DNA of 64,000 nt from Dehalococcoides sp. JdFR-54. GTDB taxonomy: Bacteria; Chloroflexota; Dehalococcoidia; JdFR-54. Below the pieces are notes generated by a model, which saw only the letters and a program-made list of their open reading frames with translations, was not told the origin of the DNA and did no database searches. Below, one piece after another: positions 31,395 through 41,002 of the stretch (position 1 is the first letter of the stretch; each line of letters starts with the position of its first letter). The position numbers were made by a program, and so were the translations under genes. The stretch is from positions 15,336 through 79,335 of the forward strand of contig MTNP01000005.1 of NCBI GenBank assembly GCA_002011475.1, in the 5' to 3' direction.

Positions 31395-31441
31395 TTGAAA
31401 CCGCGGGTAAGGCATCGCACCGGGGAGGTCAAAGTAGCGCC

Positions 31442-32332
31442 ATGGCAGCAAAGATTATCTCGGGGACGGAGGTGGCAGCGGAGATTCGGGGAGAGCTGAA
31501 GCAGAAGGTGGCTGAGCTGAAGGAGAAGGGGATAACCCCCGGGCTAGGGGTCATCCTGGTGGGGGAGGATCCAGCTTCCGTCTCCTACGTTACCGGCAAG
31601 GCCAAGGGATGTGAGGAGATAGGGATATTTGAGGAGACCTTCAGGCTCCCCGCCGAGGCTACGGAAGAGGAAGTCCTGGCCATGGTGGACAGGCTGAATA
31701 AGGACCCCAGGTTCCACGGCATCCTGGTGCAGCTTCCCCTGCCCAAGCATATCGACGAGAAGAAGGTGTTGGTGGCCATCTCGCCGGAGAAGGATGTGGA
31801 CTGCTTCCACCCGGTGAATGTGGGCAAGTTGCTCATAGGCGAGGCCGATTTCCTGCCCTGCACCCCCCACGGCGTGCAGCAGCTCTTGGTCAGGAGCGGC
31901 AACAGCCCCGAGGGCAAGCACGTGGTCATCTGCGGCCGGAGCAACATCGTGGGCAAGCCCCTGATGGCCATGCTGGTCCAGAAGGCCAAGGGGGCCAACG
32001 CCACCATCACCGTGTGCCATACCGGGACCAGGGACCTGGCCTCTGTTACCCGGCAAGCCGACATCCTGGTAGCAGCGGCGGGTTCCCCACAGATGATCAA
32101 GGCAGATATGGTTAAGGAGGGAGCCGTGGTCATCGATGTCGGGGTCAATCGCATCCCCGATGAGACCAAGAAGAGCGGCTTCCGCCTGGTGGGGGATGTG
32201 GACTTCGAGGCTGTGGCCGAAAAGGCTTCGGCCATTACCCCGGTGCCTGGGGGCGTGGGGCCGATGACGGTGACCATGCTCCTGGTGAACACGGTGCGAG
32301 CTGCCGAGAGGCAGGCCGCAGCCAGGACATAG
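31442..32332 (+). CDS. folD: bifunctional 5,10-methylene-THF dehydrogenase / methenyl-THF cyclohydrolase
   Basis: [37 protein letters not shown], and 296 aa. Confidence 0.9.
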   Translation: MAAKIISGTEVAAEIRGELKQKVAELKEKGITPGLGVILVGEDPASVSYVTGKAKGCEEIGIFEETFRLPAEATEEEVLAMVDRLNKDPRFHGILVQLPLPKHIDEKKVLVAISPEKDVDCFHPVNVGKLLIGEADFLPCTPHGVQQLLVRSGNSPEGKHVVICGRSNIVGKPLMAMLVQKAKGANATITVCHTGTRDLASVTRQADILVAAAGSPQMIKADMVKEGAVVIDVGVNRIPDETKKSGFRLVGDVDFEAVAEKASAITPVPGGVGPMTVTMLLVNTVRAAERQAAART

Positions 32333-32386
32333 TCCACCAAGCCCTCGCCATCCGCTAAATAAAGAATTATTAGTGGAGGAGGCCAG

Positions 32387-34150
32387 ATGCCTTATGATGC
32401 GCTAAAAATGAAGGATTGGGAGATCGCAGAAGCAGCCGAAGCTAATATGCCAACCCCCGATGAATGGCGAGAAAGACTTAACTTGCAAAAGGATGAGATT
32501 ATCCCCTATGGGAGACTGTGCAGACTTGATTTCATGAAGATCATCGAGCGCCTCAAGGACAAGCCGGACGGCAAGTACATTGAGGTGACGGCCATTACCC
32601 CCACGCCGCTGGGAGAAGGAAAGACCACAACCACCCTGGGCATCCTGGAGGGCCTGGGCAAGCGGGGCAAGAATGTGGGCGGCTGCATCCGCCAGCCCTC
32701 AGGTGGTCCCACCATGAATATCAAGGGAACCGCCGCCGGTGGTGGCAATGCCCTGCTCATTCCCATGACCGAATTCTCCATGGGACTTACCGGCGATATA
32801 AATGATATAGGCAATGCCCACAACCTGGCCATGGTGGCGCTTACCGCCAGAATGCAGCACGAGCGCAACTATAGCGATGAGGAACTGGCCAGTCGCAGCC
32901 GGATGCGCCGCCTGGACGTTGACCCTACCAGGGTGGAGATGTGCTGGGTTATGGATTTTTGCGCCCAGAGCCTGCGCAATATCATCATCGGCCTTGGCGG
33001 CCCCATGGATGGCTTCCTGATGCAGTCCAAGTTCGCCATCACCGTGAGCTCCGAGCTCATGGCCATGCTGTCCATTGCCAGGGACCTGGCGGACCTGCGG
33101 GAAAGGATGGATAACATCACCGTGGCGTTCGATAAAAGGGGTAAACCCATCACCACGGGCGATCTGGAAGTGGGTGGCGCCATGACGGCCTGGATGCGCA
33201 ACACCATCAATCCCACCCTGTGTTGCACTGTAGAGTATCAGCCTGTGATGGTGCATGCCGGCCCCTTTGCCAACATCGCGGTGGGCCAGTCCTCCATCAT
33301 TGCCGACCGCATTGGCCTGAAGATGTTTGACTACCATGTCACCGAAAGCGGCTTCGGGGCAGATATCGGTTTCGAGAAGTTCTGGAACGTCAAGTGCCGC
33401 TTGAGTGGTCTCAAACCACACGTTTCGGTGCTAACCACCACCATCCGGGCCCTGAAGATGCATGGCGGCGGACCCAGGGTGGTGGCTGGCCTTCCCCTAT
33501 CCGAAGAGTACACTAAGGAGAACCTGGAGCTCTTGGAAAAGGGCCTGGCCAACATGCTGCACCACATAAACATCATCAGAACCTCTGGCATTAACCCGGT
33601 GGTGTGCATCAACTCCTTCCACACCGACACCAAGGATGAGATCGCCATGGTCCGAAGGGCGGCCGAGGCGGCCGGTGCCCGCTGTGCTGTGGCTACCCAC
33701 TGGGCCCACGGGGGCGATGGCGCCCTGGAGCTGGCCGATGCGGTTATAGAAGCCTGCGAAGAGAAGAATGAATTCAAATTCCTGTATCCCATGGAAATGA
33801 AATTGCGGGAGCGGGTGGACAGGATCGCCAAAGTAGTTTATGGCGCCGATGGCGTGACCTGGACCCCTGAGGCCGAGGCCAAGGCCAAAATGCTCGAGGC
33901 CGATCCCAAATACGATGAGTACTCCACAATGATGGTGAAAACCCACCTGAGCCTCACCCACGATCCGGCCATCAAGGGTGTTCCCAAGGGGTGGACACTG
34001 CCCATACGCGACGTGCTGATCTATTCCGGGGCGAAGTTCCTCTGCCCCTGTGCCGGGACCATTAGCCTGATGCCGGGAACCAGTTCCGACCCGGCCTTCA
34101 GAAGGGTAGACGTCGATACCAGCACCGGTAAAGTGCGGGGGCTTTTCTAA
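32387..34150 (+). CDS. fhs: formate--tetrahydrofolate ligase
   Basis: [18 protein letters not shown]-loop motif and 587 aa. Confidence 0.9.
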   Translation: MPYDALKMKDWEIAEAAEANMPTPDEWRERLNLQKDEIIPYGRLCRLDFMKIIERLKDKPDGKYIEVTAITPTPLGEGKTTTTLGILEGLGKRGKNVGGCIRQPSGGPTMNIKGTAAGGGNALLIPMTEFSMGLTGDINDIGNAHNLAMVALTARMQHERNYSDEELASRSRMRRLDVDPTRVEMCWVMDFCAQSLRNIIIGLGGPMDGFLMQSKFAITVSSELMAMLSIARDLADLRERMDNITVAFDKRGKPITTGDLEVGGAMTAWMRNTINPTLCCTVEYQPVMVHAGPFANIAVGQSSIIADRIGLKMFDYHVTESGFGADIGFEKFWNVKCRLSGLKPHVSVLTTTIRALKMHGGGPRVVAGLPLSEEYTKENLELLEKGLANMLHHINIIRTSGINPVVCINSFHTDTKDEIAMVRRAAEAAGARCAVATHWAHGGDGALELADAVIEACEEKNEFKFLYPMEMKLRERVDRIAKVVYGADGVTWTPEAEAKAKMLEADPKYDEYSTMMVKTHLSLTHDPAIKGVPKGWTLPIRDVLIYSGAKFLCPCAGTISLMPGTSSDPAFRRVDVDTSTGKVRGLF

Positions 34151-34228
34151 AAACCCGGGGCCCACTTTTGTCCCGGTTGCCCCCGGCCGAACATGGGCGA
34201 GACGGAGGGTGGTTCTAAACTGTCTTCG

Positions 34229-34275
34229 GGGAAATCTTGGGGCAAGGCGGATGCCGCCTTGCCCCAAGATTTCCC
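34229..34275. repeat. perfect 22-bp stem / 3-nt loop palindrome downstream of fhs
   Basis: GGGAAATCTTGGGGCAAGGCGG-ATG-CCGCCTTGCCCCAAGATTTCCC. No U-tract follows. It sits at the transition to a lower-GC segment. Confidence 0.7.
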
Positions 34276-34361
34276 TGTGGCTAAGATGATAACAACAGGA
34301 ACACACCAGCCCCAGGCTTGGGGCGGAAGGCAATATCGTATCGGGAAAAGGAGACACGCCC

Positions 34362-35333
34362 GTGCTTGAAAGCGCTGAAAACTGGCTCACAGAGGTCAAA
34401 AACATAGCAGTACTTGGTGCCGGAACCATGGGACATGGCATCGGCCAGGTGTTTGCCCTGGCTGGATATGATGTCATGCTATATGATATAGACGACGCTA
34501 TCCTGCAAAGGGCCATGGCACGCATCGATTCCAACCTCGATGTTTTCATAGAAAATGGTTTGGCCACAGAGGAGGCGAAACAACGAGCGTTGTCGAAAAT
34601 CAACACCACCACAGACCTAGCTACTGCGGTCGGAGAGGCCGATTTTGTCCTAGAGGCAATCCCTGAAATGCTGGAGCTGAAACAAAAGACCTTTCACGAT
34701 GTGGAGAGGATGTGTCGTGAAGGCACTATATTGGCCAGTAACACCTCCAGCTTTACCATAAGCGATATCGGCGCCCTGTGCCAGCGGCAGGACAATCTCG
34801 CCATCGCCCACTGGTTTAACCCACCGCACATCGTGCCCCTGGTAGAGGTGGTCAAAGGCCCCAAAACCTCCCCCCAAACTGTGGAATGTATCTGTGCCCT
34901 TCTGGACAAGGTGGGCAAAAAGCCGGTGAGGATCATGAAGGAGGTGGCCGGCTTCCTGGCTAACCGGATGCAGATGGCCCTATTTCGTGAGGCCTGTTCC
35001 CTCCTTGAAAGGGGGGTGGCCGGGGCTGAAGATATCGACACCGCAGTGAAGGCCAGTTTCGGCTTCCGCTTGCCCACCATCGGCGTCTTTGAAACCATGG
35101 ACTTGGCTGGATTGGACACCGTTCTCCGGGTGGCTGAGGAACTATTCCCAGATATCGAAAACTCGATTGAGGTACCGCGATTGATAAGAGAGCTGGTGAG
35201 GCAAGGCAAGTTCGGAGCCAAGACCGGAGAGGGTGTTTACCAGTGGCCCAAACAAAAACTGGATGCCCTCATCAGAGAGAGAGACAGACAATTCCTACAA
35301 AGGTTGAAGCAGCTATATCTGGACAAGGCGTGA
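34362..35333 (+). CDS. 3-hydroxyacyl-CoA dehydrogenase-family NAD-dependent dehydrogenase (Hbd / L-carnitine dehydrogenase-like)
   Basis: GTG start with RBS AAAGGAG. It has a Rossmann N-terminus IAVLGAGTMGHGIGQVFALAGYDVMLYD and the 3HCDH C-terminal domain. Confidence 0.8.
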   Translation: MLESAENWLTEVKNIAVLGAGTMGHGIGQVFALAGYDVMLYDIDDAILQRAMARIDSNLDVFIENGLATEEAKQRALSKINTTTDLATAVGEADFVLEAIPEMLELKQKTFHDVERMCREGTILASNTSSFTISDIGALCQRQDNLAIAHWFNPPHIVPLVEVVKGPKTSPQTVECICALLDKVGKKPVRIMKEVAGFLANRMQMALFREACSLLERGVAGAEDIDTAVKASFGFRLPTIGVFETMDLAGLDTVLRVAEELFPDIENSIEVPRLIRELVRQGKFGAKTGEGVYQWPKQKLDALIRERDRQFLQRLKQLYLDKA

Positions 35334-35385
35334 GGCTGGTGCTCAGCGCGAGCAAGGCGTGGCACACATAGGAAGGAGGCAAATC

Positions 35386-36306
35386 ATGAGGAAGGTGTTC
35401 ATAACGGCGGCCATCACAGGGGCTATCCATACCCCTACTATGAGCCCCTACCTCCCCATCACCCCCGACGAGATCGTGGAAAATGCGGTAGGGGCCTGCG
35501 AGGCTGGGGCAGCTATAGCCCATATTCACGTGCGAGATCCGGAGACCGGACGGCCTGTCTCCAGGGTTGACCTCTTCCGAGACATAGCGAGCAAAATCAA
35601 GAAACGGTGCAATATGGTCCTCTGCGTCACCACCGGGGGAGGTCTGGGCCAGACCGACGAGGAGCGGCTCAGGGTGGTGCCCGAGCTACAGCCCGAACTA
35701 TGTTCCTTTAACCAGGGCTCGATGAACTTCGGCATTTTCCCCCTGCTGGAGAAGATCCCAGAGTTCAAATTCCCCTGGGAAAAATCATACATCGAAATGA
35801 CCTACGATTTTATTTTCCCGAATACCTTTAAGAGCCTCTCCAACTTCGCTCGAGCCATGTCCCAATACGGGACAAAGCCGGAGTTGGAAGTTTACGACGT
35901 GGGCATGATCAATAATGCCCGTTGGCTGATACAGCAGGGATTGCTGAAGCAACCGGTTTACATCCAGTTTGTGATGGGCATAATGGGGGGCATCCCAGCC
36001 ACGGTGGAAAACCTGGTCTTCCTCTACAAGACCGCCCGCGAGGCCATCGGCGATTTCATTTGGTCGGTAGCCGCGGCGGGGAGGAGCCAAATGCCTATGG
36101 CAGCCACCTCCCTGGCACTGGGAGGCAATGTCCGGGTTGGCCTGGAAGATGCCTTGTATGTGGGCAAGGGACAACTGGCCAAAAACAATGCCGAGCAAGT
36201 GGAGAAAGCGGTTCAAATGATAAATGCCCTTGGCCTAGAGGTGGCTACCCCTGACGACGTCAGGGAAATCTTGGGATTGAAGGGTCTGGATAAAGTGAAC
36301 TTTTAA
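35386..36306 (+). CDS. beta-keto acid cleavage enzyme (BKACE / 3-keto-5-aminohexanoate cleavage enzyme family, DUF849)
   Basis: MRKVFITAAITGAIHTP with Zn ligands of the HIH...E type. RBS GGAAGGAGG. 306 aa. Confidence 0.8.
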   Translation: MRKVFITAAITGAIHTPTMSPYLPITPDEIVENAVGACEAGAAIAHIHVRDPETGRPVSRVDLFRDIASKIKKRCNMVLCVTTGGGLGQTDEERLRVVPELQPELCSFNQGSMNFGIFPLLEKIPEFKFPWEKSYIEMTYDFIFPNTFKSLSNFARAMSQYGTKPELEVYDVGMINNARWLIQQGLLKQPVYIQFVMGIMGGIPATVENLVFLYKTAREAIGDFIWSVAAAGRSQMPMAATSLALGGNVRVGLEDALYVGKGQLAKNNAEQVEKAVQMINALGLEVATPDDVREILGLKGLDKVNF

Positions 36307-36337
36307 ATCCATGCAGTCGGGTATGGTCCCGGTGCCT

Positions 36338-37600
36338 TCAGCCGGGCAACTCGAAGTATTGCATGGTGATATCGGGCACCACCGCTACCTTCGCCTTGTT
36401 GCCGAAATCGGCCTTGAGCATGCCGATCACCTCGTCCCATGTCCCAACCACATTTATGTCCTCCAGGGGGGCAAGCCAGTCTAGGCTAGCTCGATCCATA
36501 TAGGGCATGAGCAGGATGAACTTCCTGGCCCGGCTCAACTTGGGGGGGTCTTTCCACAACTGCCCCCCCGTATTCCTGCCGTGCTTCCGCATCAGGTAGT
36601 GGGGCACCTCGCCCACGGGGTTATTGCTTATCAGCACCAGGGTGCCGCCCCTTTCGGGCAGCGTGGCCTCAGCCACCCGGGCCCCGACCACGGCCTCGGT
36701 TACCTTGGCATTGCCGTTGGCCACCACTATATCGGCATCCTCTACCACGGGGCTGAGATAATGTTCCTTAGCCAGCTTCACAGCCTCATCGTACTCCAAG
36801 ATGGGGTCACCGACGAAGAGGGCCGTGGTATCCCGCTTCAGGTTGACCACGGCATCGACCTTGACATCCAGGCCCGACATCCGGCACACATCCTCCATGT
36901 CCAGGCGCATCTCGCAATCCTCGTTTCGTCCCATGCCGCCCAAGGCCTGGGGGCCCATTTTCTGAGCCTTAGCGCGGACGACCCCGTGGTTATGGACGAT
37001 GGTCTCCATGGAGGACACGCCAGGCATGATGATCTTAGCTCCGCCGCCATAGCCCACCAAGTAATGCGGTACCACACTGCCTATGCCCACCTTGAGGTCG
37101 CATCGCAGGACCTCCGAATTCACGGCCACCAGTGTGCCCCGACCGGTCTTGCCTATGTAGGTACAGTTCTCATAGGGGTTATGGTTATATACAGGGTAGC
37201 GGGCCACCACATCACTGCCCAGCTTCTTTCTGAAGTCGGCGGCGGTACAGGCTCCGTGGGTGCCCACGGCACAGATAAACTGGATGTCATCGTCCTTTAT
37301 GCCTCCCTCCCTCAGCTCCGCCAAGACATAGGGCACGATTTCCGCCGCCTTGGTAGGACGGGACAGGTCATCGAAAAGGATCACTGCATCCTTCTTGCCC
37401 CTGGCCAGCTCCCTTATAGTCTTGGTTCCTATAGGATTGGCGAACGCCTTTCGAAAGCCTTCATCGCTGAGCTTGGGAGCATCATGGCCCTTCATATGGC
37501 AGGTGATCACCTCCCAACCCTCAGGAAAAGGAAGCTGGGTATCCACATCTCCCCACCAGGAAAGCTGGGGCACCGTTGCTACATTCTCGGTCTCGAGCAT
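36338..37600 (-). CDS. larA: LarA-family Ni-pincer-cofactor-dependent 2-hydroxyacid racemase/epimerase homolog
   Basis: 420 aa with N-terminal DUF2088-type domain. Its size and overall composition resemble lactate racemase LarA. No larB/C/E are in the window. Confidence 0.65.
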   Translation of the reverse strand: MLETENVATVPQLSWWGDVDTQLPFPEGWEVITCHMKGHDAPKLSDEGFRKAFANPIGTKTIRELARGKKDAVILFDDLSRPTKAAEIVPYVLAELREGGIKDDDIQFICAVGTHGACTAADFRKKLGSDVVARYPVYNHNPYENCTYIGKTGRGTLVAVNSEVLRCDLKVGIGSVVPHYLVGYGGGAKIIMPGVSSMETIVHNHGVVRAKAQKMGPQALGGMGRNEDCEMRLDMEDVCRMSGLDVKVDAVVNLKRDTTALFVGDPILEYDEAVKLAKEHYLSPVVEDADIVVANGNAKVTEAVVGARVAEATLPERGGTLVLISNNPVGEVPHYLMRKHGRNTGGQLWKDPPKLSRARKFILLMPYMDRASLDWLAPLEDINVVGTWDEVIGMLKADFGNKAKVAVVPDITMQYFELPG

Positions 37601-37747
37601 CTTATCCTCCTCTGAGACGGGGAACCTGGGCCGACAGAGGTTCCGCCGGTTCCTTGAAAATCCAGAACAGGACGGGTATCATGTTAGCATATTATGTCCC
37701 ATTTGGGCAATCCGTGAGCGCCCTGCTTGAGAAAGGAGCCGAGAAGT

Positions 37748-38824
37748 ATGAACCGGGCAGACCTTGTCGGCAAGGTGCAGACCGTACTGGGAATCATTGA
37801 CCCCCAGGATCTGGGTATCACCCTCACTCATGAGCATTGCCTCCTCGATATGGCGGTTTGGTTTATGGAGCCCGCCGAGGCTAGCCAGAGGGCCCTGGCC
37901 CACCAGCCCATCACCCTGGAGAACATCGGTTGGGTGCGCTATCACCCCATGAGCCACCGGGAGAACCTGCGACTCCTCGATGAAGAGCTGGCCATAAAGG
38001 AGCTGCAACTCTACAAGTTGGCCGGGGGCCACAGTCTGGTCGATGTCACCAATATCGGCCTGGCCCGGGACCCTATGGCGCTGAGGCGCATCGCCCGAGC
38101 CACCGGCCTCAACATCATTATGGGCTCGGGCTACTACGCAGGGCCAGCCCATCCGCCGGAGGTGGAGGGAAAGACCGAAGAGGAGATCGCCGAGGAAATC
38201 GTGCATGACATCATGGTGGGGGTAGCCGATACCGGGGTTCGCGCCGGGATCATCGGCGAGCTCGGCTGCTCCTGGCCGCTCATGGACAGCGAGCGCAAGG
38301 TGCTGCGGGCCGGCGCCCGGGCGCAGCAGCTCACCGGGGCAGCCTTGACCATCCACCCCGGACGCCACGAGTCCGCCTACCGCGAAGTCCTTGACTTCCT
38401 GGGCAATGCCGGGGCTGACCTCAGCCGCACCATCATCGACCATTTTGACCGCTGCCTTTTCGACCGTGACCGGCGCCTCAAGCTGGTTGAGGATTGCGCC
38501 AAAACGGGCTGTTACATCGAATACGACCTCTTCGGCTGGGAAGGCTATTATCCCTTCGCCCTGGCCCCCCAGGCGGGGTTCGATCTGCCCAACGACCGGC
38601 AGCGGGTGGACGATATCTCCAGGCTGATCGACCGGGGATACTTGAACCAGATAGTGGTGGGGCAGGACATGTGTATGAAGATGCGCCTCTGCCGCTATGG
38701 TGGTCATGGCTATGCCCACATTCTGGACAATGTGCTGCCCCGGATGCGGGACCACGGCATCTCCGATGAGGCCATCCATACCATCCTGGTGGAAAATCCG
38801 AGGCGGGTGCTCACTTTCGTCTAG
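37748..38824 (+). CDS. phosphotriesterase-homology protein (PTE-like amidohydrolase, probable lactonase)
   Basis: ITLTHEHCLLD matches Php YTLAHEHLHID. There are binuclear-metal His motifs. RBS AAAGGAG. Confidence 0.8.
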   Translation: MNRADLVGKVQTVLGIIDPQDLGITLTHEHCLLDMAVWFMEPAEASQRALAHQPITLENIGWVRYHPMSHRENLRLLDEELAIKELQLYKLAGGHSLVDVTNIGLARDPMALRRIARATGLNIIMGSGYYAGPAHPPEVEGKTEEEIAEEIVHDIMVGVADTGVRAGIIGELGCSWPLMDSERKVLRAGARAQQLTGAALTIHPGRHESAYREVLDFLGNAGADLSRTIIDHFDRCLFDRDRRLKLVEDCAKTGCYIEYDLFGWEGYYPFALAPQAGFDLPNDRQRVDDISRLIDRGYLNQIVVGQDMCMKMRLCRYGGHGYAHILDNVLPRMRDHGISDEAIHTILVENPRRVLTFV

Positions 38825-38845
38825 GCGAATATCCGGGAGGCGACC

Positions 38846-39493
38846 ATGCTTGCCAAAGAGGAAGCCCTGAAAGCCATCGCGGGCTGCGGCGTCATCGCCG
38901 TGATCAGGACGGAGAGCAGCGCTCAGGCCGTAGCTGTCGCCACAGCTATCAAAGAGGGCGGCATCACTCCCATCGAGATAACCATGACCGTCCCCGGGGC
39001 CCTGGATGCCTTGAAGGAGGTGGGCCATCTCCTCAAGGGCACAGGCTTGCCGGGGGCAGGCACTGTCCTCGACCCAGAGACGGCCCGCGCCGCCATCCTG
39101 TCGGGCGCCGAATTCGTGGTCAGCCCCACCCTAAACCTGGAGGTGATCAAGCTGTGTCAGAGGTATGACAAGGTGGTCATCCCTGGCGCCTTTACCCCCA
39201 CCGAGATCCTGACCGCCTGGGAGGCGGGGGCAGACATCGTCAAGGTCTTCCCGGCCACGGTGGGCGGGCCCCAATACTTCAGGGATTTGAAGGGGCCCCT
39301 GCCCCAGATAAAGCTCCTGCCCACCGGAGGGGTGAGCCTGGAGAACACCGCCGAGTTCATCAGGGCCGGGGCGGTAGCGGTGGCGGTGGGCACCGCCCTG
39401 GTAGACAGGCAAGCGGTGGCGGAGCAGAGGTTTGAGGTTATCACTGAAAGGGCCCGCCAATTCATCGAGGCGGTGCGCCAGGGCAGGCAGTAG
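38846..39493 (+). CDS. eda: 2-dehydro-3-deoxyphosphogluconate (KDPG) / KHG aldolase
   Basis: GCGVIAVIRTES, GITPIEITMTVPGA, and 215 aa. Confidence 0.85.
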   Translation: MLAKEEALKAIAGCGVIAVIRTESSAQAVAVATAIKEGGITPIEITMTVPGALDALKEVGHLLKGTGLPGAGTVLDPETARAAILSGAEFVVSPTLNLEVIKLCQRYDKVVIPGAFTPTEILTAWEAGADIVKVFPATVGGPQYFRDLKGPLPQIKLLPTGGVSLENTAEFIRAGAVAVAVGTALVDRQAVAEQRFEVITERARQFIEAVRQGRQ

Positions 39494-39527
39494 CCCACTT
39501 TCCGCAGTCCTACCCAAGGGGGATGCT

Positions 39528-40511
39528 ATGTACGATGTTGTCACCTTCGGCGAGGCGATGATCAGGCTCTCCCCGCCTCACTTCCAAAGGCTGGAGCAGG
39601 CCCAGAGCCTGGAGGTCCAGGTGGGAGGGGCTGAGTTGAATGTGGCGGTGGCCCTGAGCCGGCTGGGGCTCCGGGTATGCTGGGTGTCGCGCCTGCCCCA
39701 GAACCCCCTGGGGGCCATGATCCGCAATAAAGCCAGGGAGCAAGGGGTGGATACCAGCCACATCCTTTGGGCCAAGGAGGGCAGGGCAGGCCTCTACTTC
39801 GTGGAATTCGGCGCCTCTCCCCGGGCCAGCCGGGTGCTCTATGACCGGGCAGCCTCAGCCATAAGCCAGATACAGCCCGGAGAGGTGGGCTGGGAGGAAA
39901 TACTGAGAAAGACCAGGCTGTTTCATGTGAGCGGCATCACCCCCGCCCTCAGCACCAGCGCCGCCCAGGCCACCGGCGAAGCCCTCCAGGTGGCCAAAAA
40001 GGTGGGCTGTACGGTGAGCTATGACCTCAACTACCGGGCCCGGCTGTGGACGGAGGAGAAGGCGAGACAGGTCCAGACCCCGTTCATGGACAAGGTGGAC
40101 ATCCTCTTCTCCACCGAGGAGGATACGGGACGGGTGTTTGGCATCAGGGGGGATGACTACCGAGCCGTGGCCCACAAGCTGGCAGAGCACTTCGGCTTCC
40201 AGGTGGTGTGCATCACCCTCCGCGAGGATATCACGGTCTGGCGCAATCGATGGACGGCCATAGCCTACTCCGAAGGGAAATTCTACGACGACCGAAGCTA
40301 TGAGGTGGAGATCGTAGACCGCCTCGGGGCCGGCGACTCCTTCGCCGCCGGCTTTATTTACGGCTATCTCGCCGGAGATATCGCCCAGGGTGTAAGGTAC
40401 GGCAATGCCCTCGCTGCCCTGAAGCACTCCATCCCCGGGGATGTGAATTGGGCGACCGGGGAGGAGATGGAGGCCCAGATCAAGGGCGCTGGGCTGCGTA
40501 TCAGCAGGTAG
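39528..40511 (+). CDS. kdgK: 2-dehydro-3-deoxygluconokinase (PfkB family)
   Basis: MYDVVTFGEAMIRLSPP N-terminus and C-terminal GAGDSFAAGFIYG anion hole. The ATG at 39528 is preferred over the upstream extension. Confidence 0.85.
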   Translation: MYDVVTFGEAMIRLSPPHFQRLEQAQSLEVQVGGAELNVAVALSRLGLRVCWVSRLPQNPLGAMIRNKAREQGVDTSHILWAKEGRAGLYFVEFGASPRASRVLYDRAASAISQIQPGEVGWEEILRKTRLFHVSGITPALSTSAAQATGEALQVAKKVGCTVSYDLNYRARLWTEEKARQVQTPFMDKVDILFSTEEDTGRVFGIRGDDYRAVAHKLAEHFGFQVVCITLREDITVWRNRWTAIAYSEGKFYDDRSYEVEIVDRLGAGDSFAAGFIYGYLAGDIAQGVRYGNALAALKHSIPGDVNWATGEEMEAQIKGAGLRISR

Positions 40512-40557
40512 GCCCAAATTGGCGACTTTTGGCCTGGAAAGGTGGTGTGGAAAGAGT

Positions 40558-40959
40558 ATGAAAGAGGAACACAGAATCATCAGGCGATCGGGGGAACGAA
40601 GGATCATCATCGCAAACTCCATTGCAACCATAGACGAGAGTAACCGGAATGATGTGGTCATTACTGGCTCTCATTGCGGCATAAACGTCGGCGAATACGC
40701 TTCAAATTTAGGGGTTCGGGGAGTCATTGGAAACGATGCCGGAAAGGGCAGGGACAACGCCGGCATCGCCGGCTTGGAAATCCTAGAGAGGCATGGCATT
40801 CCAGGGGCCGCTGTCTCCACTATGTCAGCGCGCATCGGCAATGGGATGAGCACCTATGAGGAGGGCATAATCTCCGCAGCCAATGAGGTGGCCAGGGGAT
40901 TGGGTATTGCCATCGGGATGTCGGCCAGGGAAGCCGCAGATAAGATATTTGAAAGGTGA
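40558..40959 (+). CDS. hypothetical protein (134 aa), family unassigned
   Basis: The ORF has clearly lower GC than its flanks. MKEEHRIIRRSGERRIIIANSIATIDES...VITGSHCG. I cannot place it in a family. Confidence 0.4.
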   Translation: MKEEHRIIRRSGERRIIIANSIATIDESNRNDVVITGSHCGINVGEYASNLGVRGVIGNDAGKGRDNAGIAGLEILERHGIPGAAVSTMSARIGNGMSTYEEGIISAANEVARGLGIAIGMSAREAADKIFER

Positions 40960-41002
40960 AGCGCCTGCCCCCAAGCCCTGTCCAGGCAATCCTATCCTCT
41001 GA

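Noticed and set aside
31214-31432. 72-aa minus-strand ORF in the hypA/folD intergenic region
   Set aside because: It lies wholly within an AT-rich regulatory spacer that carries promoter and operator motifs. There is no RBS and no conservation signal.
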